Source: Haliotis rufescens (taxonomy: Eukaryota). Taken from it: 64,000 nucleotides of DNA. Of the stretch, positions 13,359 to 24,543 are shown in pieces. Both the position numbers and the translations under genes were made by a program. Under the pieces are notes generated by a model. It saw nothing but the letters and a program-made list of their open reading frames with translations. It did no database searches and was not told where the DNA came from. The stretch covers positions 27,528,001 to 27,592,000 of the forward strand of contig NW_025963813.1 of assembly GCF_023055435.1 (NCBI RefSeq), in the 5' to 3' direction. Numbering within the stretch: the first letter of the stretch is position 1; each line of letters begins with the position of its first letter.

Positions 13359-13593
13359 TTAGTGGCCTCAGTTAGTCCAGTAAAAGTATGTCTTTGCTTG
13401 TTAAAAATGACAAGACTATTAAAAAGTTTGTATTCACTTAAGTTGGAACGCTGTCTTCGAAAATTAATTTTGCAGTTGCAACATGTATTAACTCATCGGT
13501 ATGATCAATTGCCTTTACACGTTCGTAAAAACTCATCTCGTTTCCCCGACCCGTGAAGATTTGGGGTAGAAAAGGTCTTCAGCAACCCATGCT

Positions 13594-15661
13594 TATGGTG
13601 GCCGAGAGGGGACATCGCTTTCTCGCTTTTTCGCTTTTTCGCTTTATCGCTCTATCGCTTTCTCACCCTGTCGCTTTCTCGCGATTTAGCAATATCCCCT
13701 CTTGGCCACTATAGGGGTCGCATGTGTTATGTGTTTCTATACGATAAAAAGTATATACGTAAAACAACATTAATGAATTGTTGAACCTGACCTCAGTGGG
13801 CGGAGGCTGAGGTGGGTTTTAATCATAAAAGAGAGCTGAGATGTTTCCAGTCACATTTCAAATTATACATATGGATGGAATGTTGAAATTTTCTCACTAT
13901 CTACTTAAACATAATATAACAGTACAGACGTAGGTGCTTTTATAACAATCCAGGGATTGCTGCGTTAAAAAGGTATTTGATTGAATACTGCCCTATTTAG
14001 GAGTTTTTTTTGGACCCCCGCCCCCAGGCCTAGGTATCAAAACAAACACCAAATAACACCGCTTATTAGCACCGAGTAGAGTACTTCCCCCAAAACAAGA
14101 GTGTTTCCCTAAAAACAACACTTAGGTCATGTTAATGTTTATTCTCGTAGCGGAGTAGATGTCATCAAACTGGAAGTCCTCACCCAAGCAATGGTAATAC
14201 TACCGGATGTCCATATGTGATTTCTTGTGTTTGAATGACAAATTATTCTCAGTAAACCGTAATGTGGAAATAGATTGGTTTTATATTCAAGTTGGTATTT
14301 CCGCTATTCAAAGTGTGCAGTGAGACCGTCTTATCAGCAGTCATTTCTGAGGCATAAATGCAAAGTTTAATTAATTAAGTCTACTCTCATTTTTTTGCAG
14401 TTATAATTAACTCTAACGTAAATTTCAAGATTTACAGTACCTACTATTCAAAAGAACTTAAAGAACACCCAATTCTTTCATATGACTATGGTTACTCATT
14501 CGAAAAAGCGATAGAGCGAGAAAGCGATTGACAAATAATTGTCCGTTTTATCAGCCACTATTTGTTGTTTGCAACGTCCAAAGAATTATTTTGTCGGTCA
14601 TCAGATTTGGAGTTGAAGCCGAATGTGTGCTCGTCAGATTTCGGGATGACAGTTATATTGATAAAGATGCATGTAAATTATGCAGACAAATGTTATACAT
14701 GTACACAGTTATGGTTCCCTCACTAAATACAGATCGATAAGATATATGTCTCTACCTTAAGTCACATATACGACTTTTGAGAGCGTCATTAACCCGTAAC
14801 CACATTCCTTGGACAATAGAAATGAAATGCGTTGTAAATATTATTTTAAAACAACATGTTTCTTATAATTCCTTTCGATCAAACTGTCTTCGGGAATTAC
14901 ATGTTATGCTAAAGTGCTTGTAACTTTCCCGCTGGGGGAGACTAGATATCCGATTATAGTATAGGCTCAAGCAGGAATATACATATTTATGTAACAATTA
15001 TTAACAACTGTGCGCTCTGATGTGAGTTATGGCGTTATCCACCACCTATGTTCGCAGACAGTGAGTCAGACACACACACACATATATAGTTTCGACAAAA
15101 CTATACTTAAGATAAACATCAAATCTTACAATGATAGATGATTTAACATATGTTAAAGATAATCATAGTAACGTCCTTCATATCGTTATCAACGTTAACT
15201 ATGTGGCCACACTAATTACGATGTCTCTCCTTATGTGTAGTTTACACAAGTACACATACCAACTTTGATAACACCACAGCGACGGGGGCAGTGGGATAGC
15301 TCAGTGGTTAAAGCGTTCGCTCGTCAAGCCGAAGACCCAGTTCAAATCCCCACATGGGTACAATGTGTGAAACCCATTTCTGGTGTTCCCCGCCGTGGTA
15401 TTGCTGGATTATTGTTAAAAAGCGACGTAAAAGCATTCTCACTCACTCACAGCGGTGTTTATCAAATTACTATATGCAAGTACATATACTTTGCATAAGA
15501 CAAGAGACACAATTCAAATTGATCATACATCAAATGTGAAAAAGAATATTTACGGACAACAGTATGACACACTGTAGCATCATATACTACCGAGAACACC
15601 CGCAATTACAAGATTGTATTTTGCAATACAATCAGCCATGATTTCGGCGATGTCCCCCATC
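13594..15661. mobile_element. Same IS3EU-like element in U1, right TIR truncated
   Basis: Left TSD and TIR catgct|tatggtggccg are present; the right end stops at gcgatgtcccccatc. Confidence 0.8.
15284..15450 (+). mobile_element. SINE family 1 nested in the IS3EU-like element (copies at ~27866-28032, 40367-40533, 52951-53117)
   Basis: tagctcagtggttaaagcgttcgctcg...gttcaaatccc...actcactcac. Confidence 0.88.
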
Positions 15662-17104
15662 TTATTCACTATTGATAGATACATGTTTTTGTACAATTGA
15701 ACGTATTTTCTATTGATCTGTATGAGGTGTTGTACAATTGAACCTATTTACTATTAATCTTTACGTATTTTCTATTGATCTGTATGGAGTGTTGTAATGT
15801 TAAAGGTATTTAATCAACCATCTGTTTCTCACTGTAGTGGACAGCATCAAACACACAGCGATGAATTAGGATTCCATACACTACACAGAGATCATTTATG
15901 TATTTACTTATTTACAATATTCAAAATATCTGCCTGCCACATAAGATAGAATAAGTACCTACCTTGCCAGTGAAGCCGATCTGGAATATATGTGACGTGA
16001 CTGTTTCAGCAGCTTGTTCATCCAGGAGAATATGACTCATAAGATTTACAAACTGTCATTTCCTTCATCGTTCGAAATAAAAGCATATCCTATTGCGCGG
16101 TAAACATGTCACCGACCCCCTTCTTTTGCACCTCTCGCGCGTTCAAAGTGACTGACGCTCCGTCATGCGTACCCAGAACCAGTCGCGAAGATACGCAGTC
16201 GCTGCCGCTACAAGGGGGTTTATCAGTGTTCGTTGTGTTTGTTTGGTGGAGTTGTATAGGATGGAACACTGGGTTATACTGTTATATATGAACGCCTTTG
16301 TGTGGTATTCAAAACGACGAATAATATATTACATTTTATGTGATATATTGTGAATGGAAAGCGTTGTATATTCTGTGGATGTTTAATCTACCCAGTCAGT
16401 CCCTCCTCCGCACCCCGCTAGTCCACTCCATCAACTGCCATGTCCCTGCCCCCGCCCCCCCACCCGCCCCCCCTCTCCTCCCCTTCCCTCCATCACCAAC
16501 AGGTGGCCCGTGACTCATATTATGCATGTCAAATATTTGTTTTGTGCCTTTCAAATGGTAAGTTTTGAATATGAGAAAGGTACTTTTAAAGTAATTGCAA
16601 TTAATTCATCAACCATGTGCGTTCGTGAATACAGTGATTCATCAATAAACCAGATAACTTCAGATTAACGAATACAAGCTACCAAGTAAACAGGTCAGAT
16701 ACAGAGACTCCAAATTAAATATGTTAAAAGCGAAACATTCTAATGGCTGTATTACTTCATTAATACACTGGTTAATATTTGAGGTTTATTCGTGAAGTTT
16801 GCTTTGATCGAACAAAGTCTTTCCCAAGCTCACTAAATCATCCTTTGTGCAAACAACATGTGCACATACGCTATCCTCCGTTGTTTCTAGAACGTGCATC
16901 TCTCCTTTGTCTGATCTGTCTCCATCCCTCGTTCAGACTAACTTTCTCTCCTCCCGAGGACATGGTTGGTCCTGTGGTCTGGAGCACTGAACGTTGCATC
17001 ACACTTTCATATACATATACACATGGCTATTGTTGTTAATGTTAATGCCAAATTGAATGGTGAATGTTGGCCTTGGGAGGCCCAACGGTCCATCGTCGTG
17101 TTAG

Positions 17105-17612
17105 TTCTCTCTCTCTATCTCCCCCTCTCCTTCTCTCTTTCTCCACTCTATCTCCCCCTCTCTCTCTATCGCCCTCTCTCTCGCTCTTCCCATTCCCTAA
17201 CTCCCTTCTCTCTCTCTCCTCTCACTCTCACTCGCTATTTCAATTATCTATCTCCCTTCTCTCTCTTTCTCTCTCTCTCTCACCACTCGCCCTCTTTCGC
17301 TCTCCATCCTCTATCTCCCTTTTCTCTCTCTCCACACACACACTCTCTCTCTCGCTCTCTCCACTCTCTATCTCCCCTCTCTCTTTCTCTCTCCCCCTCT
17401 CTCACTCACGCTCTATCTCCTTCTCTCTCTATCGCTCTCTCTCGCTCTCCTCATTCTCTAACTCCCTTCTCTCCCTCGCTCTCTCTCCTCTTACTCTCTC
17501 TCGCGCTATTTCAATTCTCTATCTCCCTTCTCTCTTTCTCTCTCTCCTCTCGCTCTCCGCCCTCTATATGTCCTTCTCTCTCTCCCGCTCTCTTTCCTCT
17601 CGCTCTCTTTCG
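17105..17612. repeat. CT-rich low-complexity tract upstream of gene A (U2 ~29682-29930, U3 ~42190-42697, U4 ~56495-57265)
   Basis: Degenerate (CT)n; explains the spurious S/L/P-rich ORFs. Confidence 0.95.
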
Positions 17613-17928
17613 AACTATATAAAACAATCAGTCAATTAACATTGCAAAACAATAATATATTTTAGTTTGAGCTCATCAAAGTTAGTCAAATAAGATAATA
17701 TCTGAGGAATCAAACATATTCTGAATAATCTCCTAACCTAATAACTGACTTAACTGACCTTATAACTGAAGACGTTATCATTTCGTACGTATGCAGACAT
17801 GTGCCCTACGTTTTTGTTCGGCACAAGACAATCCTATATCGTGACAAGGTATATAAGATGGTCTTGTTTGACTGTAACCTTAAACCTGTCACACAATTAA
17901 ATCGTCCAACGACAGAAAAGACGCAAAC

Positions 17929-19449
17929 ATGGAGCTTGGAATATATGTCGTCTGCTTCATCTCCTGCGTCAGCGCCCGGATGAACGTCTTGTTCCTGGTC
18001 GCCGATGACCTGCGTCCAGAGCTGCCCATGTACAATGGCCGCTACCGTCCATCTCAAGTCCATCCACCAATTCACGCCCCGAATCTAGCAGGCCTCGCCA
18101 GTAAAAGCATGGTCTTCAAGAGGGCATATACCCAGCAGGCTCTATGCTCCCCGAGCCGCACCTCCCTGCTGACTGGGCGCCGTCCTGACACCACCCACGT
18201 GTATGACTCTAACACCTACTTTAGAGACGCTGCCGGTAACTTCACGACCATTCCCCAGTTCTTCAAGAACCACGGCTACCACAGCATTGGAGCTGGTAAA
18301 ATATTCCACCCGGGCAAGGCTTCAGGAGGAAATGATCCTGCCTCGTGGTCTGAGACATATTATGATGACTCTTAACCCAGTAATTACGGGTCAAGTTGGG
18401 AAGCAGTACCGGATAATCTTTTGGACAGCCACAATGCCCTGCAGGACACGATGCTAGCCGACCACGCAGTGCAAGTCATTAAGGACATCACCCAAAAGGC
18501 AAAGAATGGCGAGAATTTCTTCCTGGCAGTTGGGTTCCACAAGCCCCATTTGCCGTTCCAATTCCCAGCTCGCTTTCTGGATTATTACTCAGAAGACTCA
18601 ATCCATCTTCCACCCAACCCACAAGCTCCTGACGGCATGCCTGATATTGCCTGGAGATCATATAATGAACTTAGGGGCTACGCTGACATAGCCCGACTGA
18701 ATGCATCCGGCAACCCAAACACGACCTTGCCTGACCAGGTGGTTAAACAACTGCGCATAGCCTACTACAGCGCTGTTAGCTTCATGGACTTTGAACTCGG
18801 GAGGGTTCTAGATGAACTGGAGAATCAGGGTCTAGCTGACAACACGATAGTGTCATTTTTTGGCGATCATGGCTGGCAGTTGGGAGAACACGGGGAATGG
18901 TGCAAACAGACCAATTTTGACATCGCCACCCACTCGCCTCTTATGATCCGTGTCCCAGGGATGACGGACCATGGGATGAGCACAACAAAGCTGACAGAGT
19001 TTGTAGACCTGTTCCCAACTCTAGTAGAAGCAGCAGGTCTTCCCACACTGCCTACGTGTCAAGTAGACTCGTCCTCAACTCAAGACTGCACAGAAGGAAG
19101 GAGTCTAGTTCCTCTGCTGCAGCACCCAAATCTGCCCTCGTGGAAAACCGCAGCCCTCTCGCAGTACCCACGAGTGTATAACAACACGTCAGCCATGGGC
19201 TACACGATCACCACGGCCAGGTATCGCTACACTGAATGGGTGACGTTCCTCAGCAAGCCCCACTACATGCCTCAGTGGGACCAGCTTCATGGAGTGGAGC
19301 TGTACGACCATCTGGCTGATCCTGAGGAGAATCACAACCTCGCGCTCAATGCTGCCCAACAAGGACTTCGCAGCCGGTTGAGGGGGCAACTACGTGCTGG
19401 ATGGAGAGCCGAGATGACGGGTGGTCATGGCAGACCCACCATAGGTTGA
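17929..19449 (+). pseudogene. IDS: IDS-like sulfatase paralog A, copy 1; premature stop Q149*
   Basis: The 148-aa and 342-aa ORFs are in frame, split by TAA at 18373-18375 where A4 has CAA. CSPSRTSLLTGR, ADD, GKIFH, KPH and GDHG motifs are present. Confidence 0.92.
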
Positions 19450-19570
19450 ACGGTATTGTATTAAATCTGTTCATTTGAGAAATCACTTATTTTTGACATC
19501 ACTGACATCGAAAATGTAATTTCGAGCATGGTTATTACAAAACTATCTGAATCTCGAATCTCGAATCAGC

Positions 19571-19578
19571 GTGTGTGC

Positions 19579-19660
<82 letters not shown>
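19571..19660. repeat. (TG)n microsatellite downstream of gene A (also ~31920, 44656, 59067)
   Basis: Direct inspection. Confidence 0.95.
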
Positions 19661-19664
<4 letters not shown>

Positions 19665-19858
19665 GCCACGTCATACCAAAAAACGTTATAATGTGTCTGA
19701 ATGGGATATCCATGTTAAACTGTGGCATGGTGTCTCAGTGGGCAAGCGCTATAAAACCTGCATAAGTCCAGACTGGTTCAAGTAGCAACAGACACGTGCA
19801 TGCACGTCCCTATGTTAGTGTAACACTATTGAACACGACGTTTAACACCACACCTCAT
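19661..19858 (+). mobile_element. Internally deleted family-3 SINE fragment in the A-B intergenic region (one per unit)
   Basis: gtcataccaaaaaacgtta...ggatatccatgttaaactgtggcat...agtgggcaagcgctataaaa matches the reverse complement of ~11790-11960. Confidence 0.65.
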
Positions 19859-19907
19859 TTATTACTGCCAGCACCATACCTGTGCTCGTGGATTTCACTC
19901 AAGTTAT

Positions 19908-20074
19908 GGGGCGGACGGGTAGCCTAGTGGTTAAAGCATTCGCTCGTCACGTCCGGGGCCCGGGTTCGATTCCTGACACAGGTACAATGTGTCAACCCCA
20001 TTTCTGGTGTACCCCGCCGTGGTAGGCTGGAATATTGCTAAAAGCGCGGAAAACCCAACTGACTCACTCACTCA
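19908..20074 (+). mobile_element. SINE family 1 between genes A and B (copies at ~32399-32565, 44995-45161, 59373-59540)
   Basis: ggggcggacgggtagcctagtggttaaagc...ggttcgattcc...actcactca. Confidence 0.9.
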
Positions 20075-20290
20075 ATCAATCAAGTGTTACACGACAAAGA
20101 CTTGCATCATTTCGGGTCTCCCACATCAAACTGTCACATCATGATGTAACTGAACTACTGTTCAAACGCCATCAATCCAAACTCACTCACTCACTTCTTT
20201 CAGTGGCATCACTCACTCACTCACGCATGTCCTTCTACTACTAATATAGAAAAACTGTGATACCAGTTTCAGTTATTTATTACTCGAAAG

Positions 20291-21817
20291 TTACCCAATA
20301 ATAGACGGTACATGTTGAGTTGTCAACTCATGCCTCCATCCTGCGTGAAGACGATGGCTGAGCTTGACCACCAGGTCTTTGTGGGCAGGGTCATGAACCA
20401 AGTTGATGTTCTCTTGTGGATCCTGATAATGGTCGTACAGCTCCGCACCAGAAGACACTGACCACTTGGGTTTGTAATGAGTAGCATCAAATCCGACCCA
20501 CTCGGTATAGCGATAACGACCGGTCGTCATCGAGTAACCCATCAGCTTGTGGCGACCATGGGAGTGTCTTGGATATTGGGAAAAGGCAGCCTTCTTCCAA
20601 TTATCAGTTTTGGGCTGCTCGATCAAAGGGAGGAAGCTCTGTCCTTCTGTGCACACGTCCACCTTGGAGGAATCTTCAGGACAGACGTGAAGAGACGGCA
20701 GACCAGCTGCCTCAACCAGTGTAGGGAACAGGTCCACAAACTCCACAAGCTCTTCTGTCGGTATTCCTTGATCGGTGAGTCCGGGAATATGTATCATCAT
20801 AGGGGCATGGGTAGCTATGTCGAAGTTGGTGTGTTTGGTCCACAACCCGTGTTCACCTAACTGCCATCCATGGTCCCCAAAGAAGGATATGATTGTGTCA
20901 TTTGCCAGCCCTTGGTGTTCCAGTTCTGCTAGGACCCTTCCCAGTTCCTCATCAATGTAGGAGATGCAGCTGTAGTAGGCTCGTCTCAGGTTCTTTACTA
21001 CATTGGCTGGCAGGGTTGTATTGGGCGCCCCTGTTGCATTCAGAGCAGCAATGTCTTTGTAATACCGCAGCTCTGGGTACGTGATCCAAGCGAGAGAGGG
21101 CATGTCCAGAGGGGCGTACTGATTGGGAGGTACGTGAATGGATTGATCTGGGTAGTAGCTTAGAAACTTCTCCGGGAAGACAAATGGAAGATGTGGCTTG
21201 TGATAACCAACTGCTAAAAAGAAGGGTTCCTGTCCAGATCGAGCTTTCGGTGCAATGGACTTCAACTTCTGAATTGCCATGTCTGTAGTGACGGTGTCTT
21301 GGAGGGAATTGCTGTTTAAGAGAGACGTTGGTACCGCGCGCCATGAATTCCCATCATCAGCAAAGCTATTCACCTTTGGTCTGGTTTCATAGCATGGCTC
21401 CGACCATGACACTGGATCATTATCTCCCGATGCGTCTCCGTGATGGAAGATCTTCCCAAAGCCTAGGGTATTGTAGCCATGTCTTTTGAAGTACTCGGGT
21501 AAGGTTGTGAAGTTGCCAGCAGCCTTCCTCCAGTAGGTGTGAAGGTCGTACACGTGGGTGGTGTCAGGACGGCGCCCAGTGAGGAGGGAGGTGCGGCTGG
21601 GAGAACACACTGACTGCTGGACGTAAGCACGACGGAGGAGAAGGCTCTTCCCTGCCAGAGAGTTCAAGTTTGGGGCGTGGACCTTCTCTCTGACGGGGGA
21701 GGGAGAGTCTCTTCCTTGATATACATCCAGATCTGGTCTCATGTCATCTGCCACAAGAAATAATACATTTTTCCTTTTGCAAGGAATCAGCACAACCGTC
21801 AAGCGGTGCCACAACAT
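20291..21817 (-). CDS. IDS: IDS-like sulfatase paralog B, copy 1; open 508-aa ORF with signal peptide shortened by 6 aa (probably non-functional)
   Basis: Full catalytic motif set is present. N-terminus is MLWHRLTVVLIPCKRK versus MLWHRLTVVLILVSTHVHCKRK in B2-B4 (19 nt replaced by 1 nt near 21783). Confidence 0.88.
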   Translation of the reverse strand: MLWHRLTVVLIPCKRKNVLFLVADDMRPDLDVYQGRDSPSPVREKVHAPNLNSLAGKSLLLRRAYVQQSVCSPSRTSLLTGRRPDTTHVYDLHTYWRKAAGNFTTLPEYFKRHGYNTLGFGKIFHHGDASGDNDPVSWSEPCYETRPKVNSFADDGNSWRAVPTSLLNSNSLQDTVTTDMAIQKLKSIAPKARSGQEPFFLAVGYHKPHLPFVFPEKFLSYYPDQSIHVPPNQYAPLDMPSLAWITYPELRYYKDIAALNATGAPNTTLPANVVKNLRRAYYSCISYIDEELGRVLAELEHQGLANDTIISFFGDHGWQLGEHGLWTKHTNFDIATHAPMMIHIPGLTDQGIPTEELVEFVDLFPTLVEAAGLPSLHVCPEDSSKVDVCTEGQSFLPLIEQPKTDNWKKAAFSQYPRHSHGRHKLMGYSMTTGRYRYTEWVGFDATHYKPKWSVSSGAELYDHYQDPQENINLVHDPAHKDLVVKLSHRLHAGWRHELTTQHVPSIIG

Positions 21818-22241
21818 GGCTGCCTTTTTTGGTGAATGTTTTTCACTATCACAGACGTGGTGGACTGGGAAGGAGATAAGACATACAGCTGTACTATGTC
21901 ATCATGTCAACCTAGTTTCTTGCAGCCTTGGAACCATTATCTATAGTATATATAGATTCAATAATTCTACAATTAAGCGTCAATGTTATGTTTTGAATTA
22001 AATAACAGGTCCTGTTTTTCTTTCAAGCTGAAGAAAGATAACTATTTTGCAAACCAGGAAAGAGGTGTATCAGTGATTTTTATGATTGGGCGTTTTATTG
22101 CACATTGTTTCATATATTTGACTGTCTGTTTGTGGTATCTTCAAGAATACGAAGTCAAACTTCGTACTTTAGCCATGCAGTGTTACTTTGGAATTGCAGG
22201 AATGCCTAGTCTATCTGTTATGTGAGATACACGAACTTCCT

Positions 22242-22485
22242 ACCCGTGAAGATCCGGGGTAGAATAGGTCTTCAGCAACTCATGCTTGTCGTAAGAGGCG
22301 ACTAACGGGATCGGGTGGTCAGGCTCGCTAACTTGGTTGATGCATGTCATCTATCCCAATTGTGGGGATCGATGCTCATGATTTCAATCACTGGATTGTC
22401 TGGTCCTGACTCGATTAGTTACAGACCACCGTCATATAGCTTGAATATTGCTGAGTGCAGCGTTAAACAACAAATAAACAAAACC
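22242..22485 (+). mobile_element. SINE-like family 2 (core cttgtcgtaagaggcgactaa, probably Deu/Nin domain); unit copies at ~8646-8842 (truncated), 34751-34995, 47347-47590, 61725-61990
   Basis: acccgtgaagatccggggtagaataggtcttcag...gactcgatta...atattgctgagtgcagcgttaaacaac recurs many times in the window. The domain name is from recall and unverified. Confidence 0.82.
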
Positions 22486-23768
22486 AAATCCAATTACACG
22501 TTTAAAACATCTGAATATTTTACAATATTTGCATATTAGATATCAGTAAACAGAGATTATATATGACACAATAGATTTACTCCGTCTAAACATCATAGAT
22601 AGAGGAGCAGCCAGGAATTTTACAATGTCATTAAGAAGTTCAACTGTTAAATTTAACAATTCTTCTTTTAAAACATTTTTCCTGACCTAAAAGTAAATGT
22701 AAGAACACAATCGCGCGCAAAACAATGTATAATTCTGGTCCACTTCCATATGACTACATAGCATACAATAAGCTTTCGGATCCCGTATGGATCGGTGGGT
22801 GGCAGCCTAGATATCCATAGAATTGACACTTGTCTGTCTCTAAACAGATCATTTTCCCTTTCGCTCAGCCCTTTCTATAATACAAAGGCCCTATATGAAG
22901 CAAGTTAGATTTTCCCCAGGTTCATCTCTGATTCTCAAATCTCACTGGGGCTCCTCTTCAATTTGAATGGAGTTATTTGGAGTTATATGGAGTTGTATAT
23001 TTTTAGAGACTAAGCATCAGTCTAAAAAGGCATCACCAGTTTGGAATTGGACATTAATTTGTTTACAATAGCAAAACATTGTCGCCTACATTATAACATT
23101 AAGAATATCACTGTTTTAATGTGTCATGTGCAAATGAGAAAGTAGACGAACCTTAAAATTATAAATAAACATAGTTTCCTTAATTCCAAGCAATATCGAA
23201 AAAATATATATGCATATAAATACACACCAAGATCAGCGTCTACAAAACATAAATGATTTAGGTTGATATTAGTTTGCGTATTTGACGATTATATAACTTG
23301 TTAAAGTATTAATCGTTTTCCAATACCCGATCAAGTACGTGCCATGAATTTAAGCGACATTGAACGATTTCGACCTTATCATGAGAATGTGTTTATGTAT
23401 CACTGTCAAATAGTGGTGTCACTAAATCCAAAGAAACAGTTCGCAATTTGGACAAGGCATTAAATAATACGCAGAACAATTGAATTCAGCACTTCCGCTA
23501 AGTGCTACGAGTACAGCGTCAAACTCGGGCCTGTAATCTAACACGCGAGAACTGACCAATGAAAATCTTAGAAGTAGAAATACCGATAAAAGCTGTTGCT
23601 TGATTGACAATGTCAATGTCAATCAAGAGAAGGGGGAGCTTGATGATATCGCTCTCTCTGTCTCTCTCTCAGTAACTTCCGATGTAAATATCGCCGTCAT
23701 TTGGACGGAAAAAACGATGGTTTGAAAGCGTTCAAAAACGTCGTTTTCCCGTCCAGTGACCATATATG

Positions 23769-24385
23769 AAAAAACGACGTTTTCGTGTTTGCAGTGTTAT
23801 CGTCGTCGAAATGAGCGTTATACCCCACACTGTGTAAGTGAATTCGACAATTTCGGTGGCGGCAGTGTCATGGTGTGGGGGACCATACCCTACACCACGA
23901 GGTCTGACTTGGTTGTGGTTCAGGGAAATTTGACAGCAAATCGCTACATGAATCGCAACATAAAATTCTTCAAGCTCACCTTTTACCAATAAGTGACCGC
24001 CAGAGGTAGCTGTTTCAACAGGACAACACTCCACCGCACACAGCTCGTGTCACGGTAGACTACCTTCACAATGCCAACATCAACGACTTGCCCTGGCAGT
24101 CGAGATCTCCAGATCTCAACCCAATCGAACAGCTCTGGGATGAACTCGATCGACGTGTACGTCAACGTCAGAACAGAGCAGTCACAAGATATACGCGCAA
24201 CTTTGCGGCCTAATATGACATGACAATGAACAGGTTTCAATGCCTTTGCACAACGACAACATGTGACTATCGAGCTCCAAAATGTCATATTGGTATCTAT
24301 GATATTAAATTAAATATATCGACTTTATTAGGCAAAATAAATTTACTAAAAATCGACCTGTGCCTGTCTTTTTTAGAAGAGTGTA
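23769..24385 (+). mobile_element. Tc1 remnant, U2 copy, with ~126-bp internal deletion
   Basis: Same motifs; lacks the KTSQTLPQ...AVIAAR segment seen in U1 and U5. Confidence 0.88.
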
Positions 24386-24497
24386 TGTATATTTTCATTT
24401 AGAAATGCTGACACCAAATTGGAGGTGAGGTGAAATTGGGTTTTAGGTCGCGTTCAAGGTTATTGCACAGTACTAGTACATAGTGACGTGCGTGCGC

Positions 24498-24543
<46 letters not shown>

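Noticed and set aside
16966-17639. Long S/L/P-rich ORFs (218, 191 aa; also 42051-42724 and 56284-57267)
   Set aside because: They are translations of the CT-rich tract, open in several frames and variable in length between units.
18373-18375. Programmed readthrough or recoding of the in-frame TAA/TAG stops
   Set aside because: Sister copies have ordinary CAA and GAG, each one substitution away. A2 and B4 show further decay, and TAA is a poor readthrough codon.
18421-19449. Separate 342-aa (A) and 184-aa (B) C-terminal genes
   Set aside because: They start at TTG codons inside the parent frame and lack the signal peptide and catalytic Cys; they are pseudogene halves.
20477-21344. Antisense and alternate-frame ORFs overlapping the sulfatase genes (127, 130 aa and others)
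   Set aside because: Shadow ORFs of GC-richer coding sequence with no motifs.
17929-21817. Bacterial contamination or recent horizontal transfer to explain the intronless sulfatases
   Set aside because: The genes are embedded among host SINEs, have eukaryotic start context, polyA signals and N-glycosylation sequons, and closely resemble animal IDS. An ancient transfer is not formally excluded without a phylogeny.
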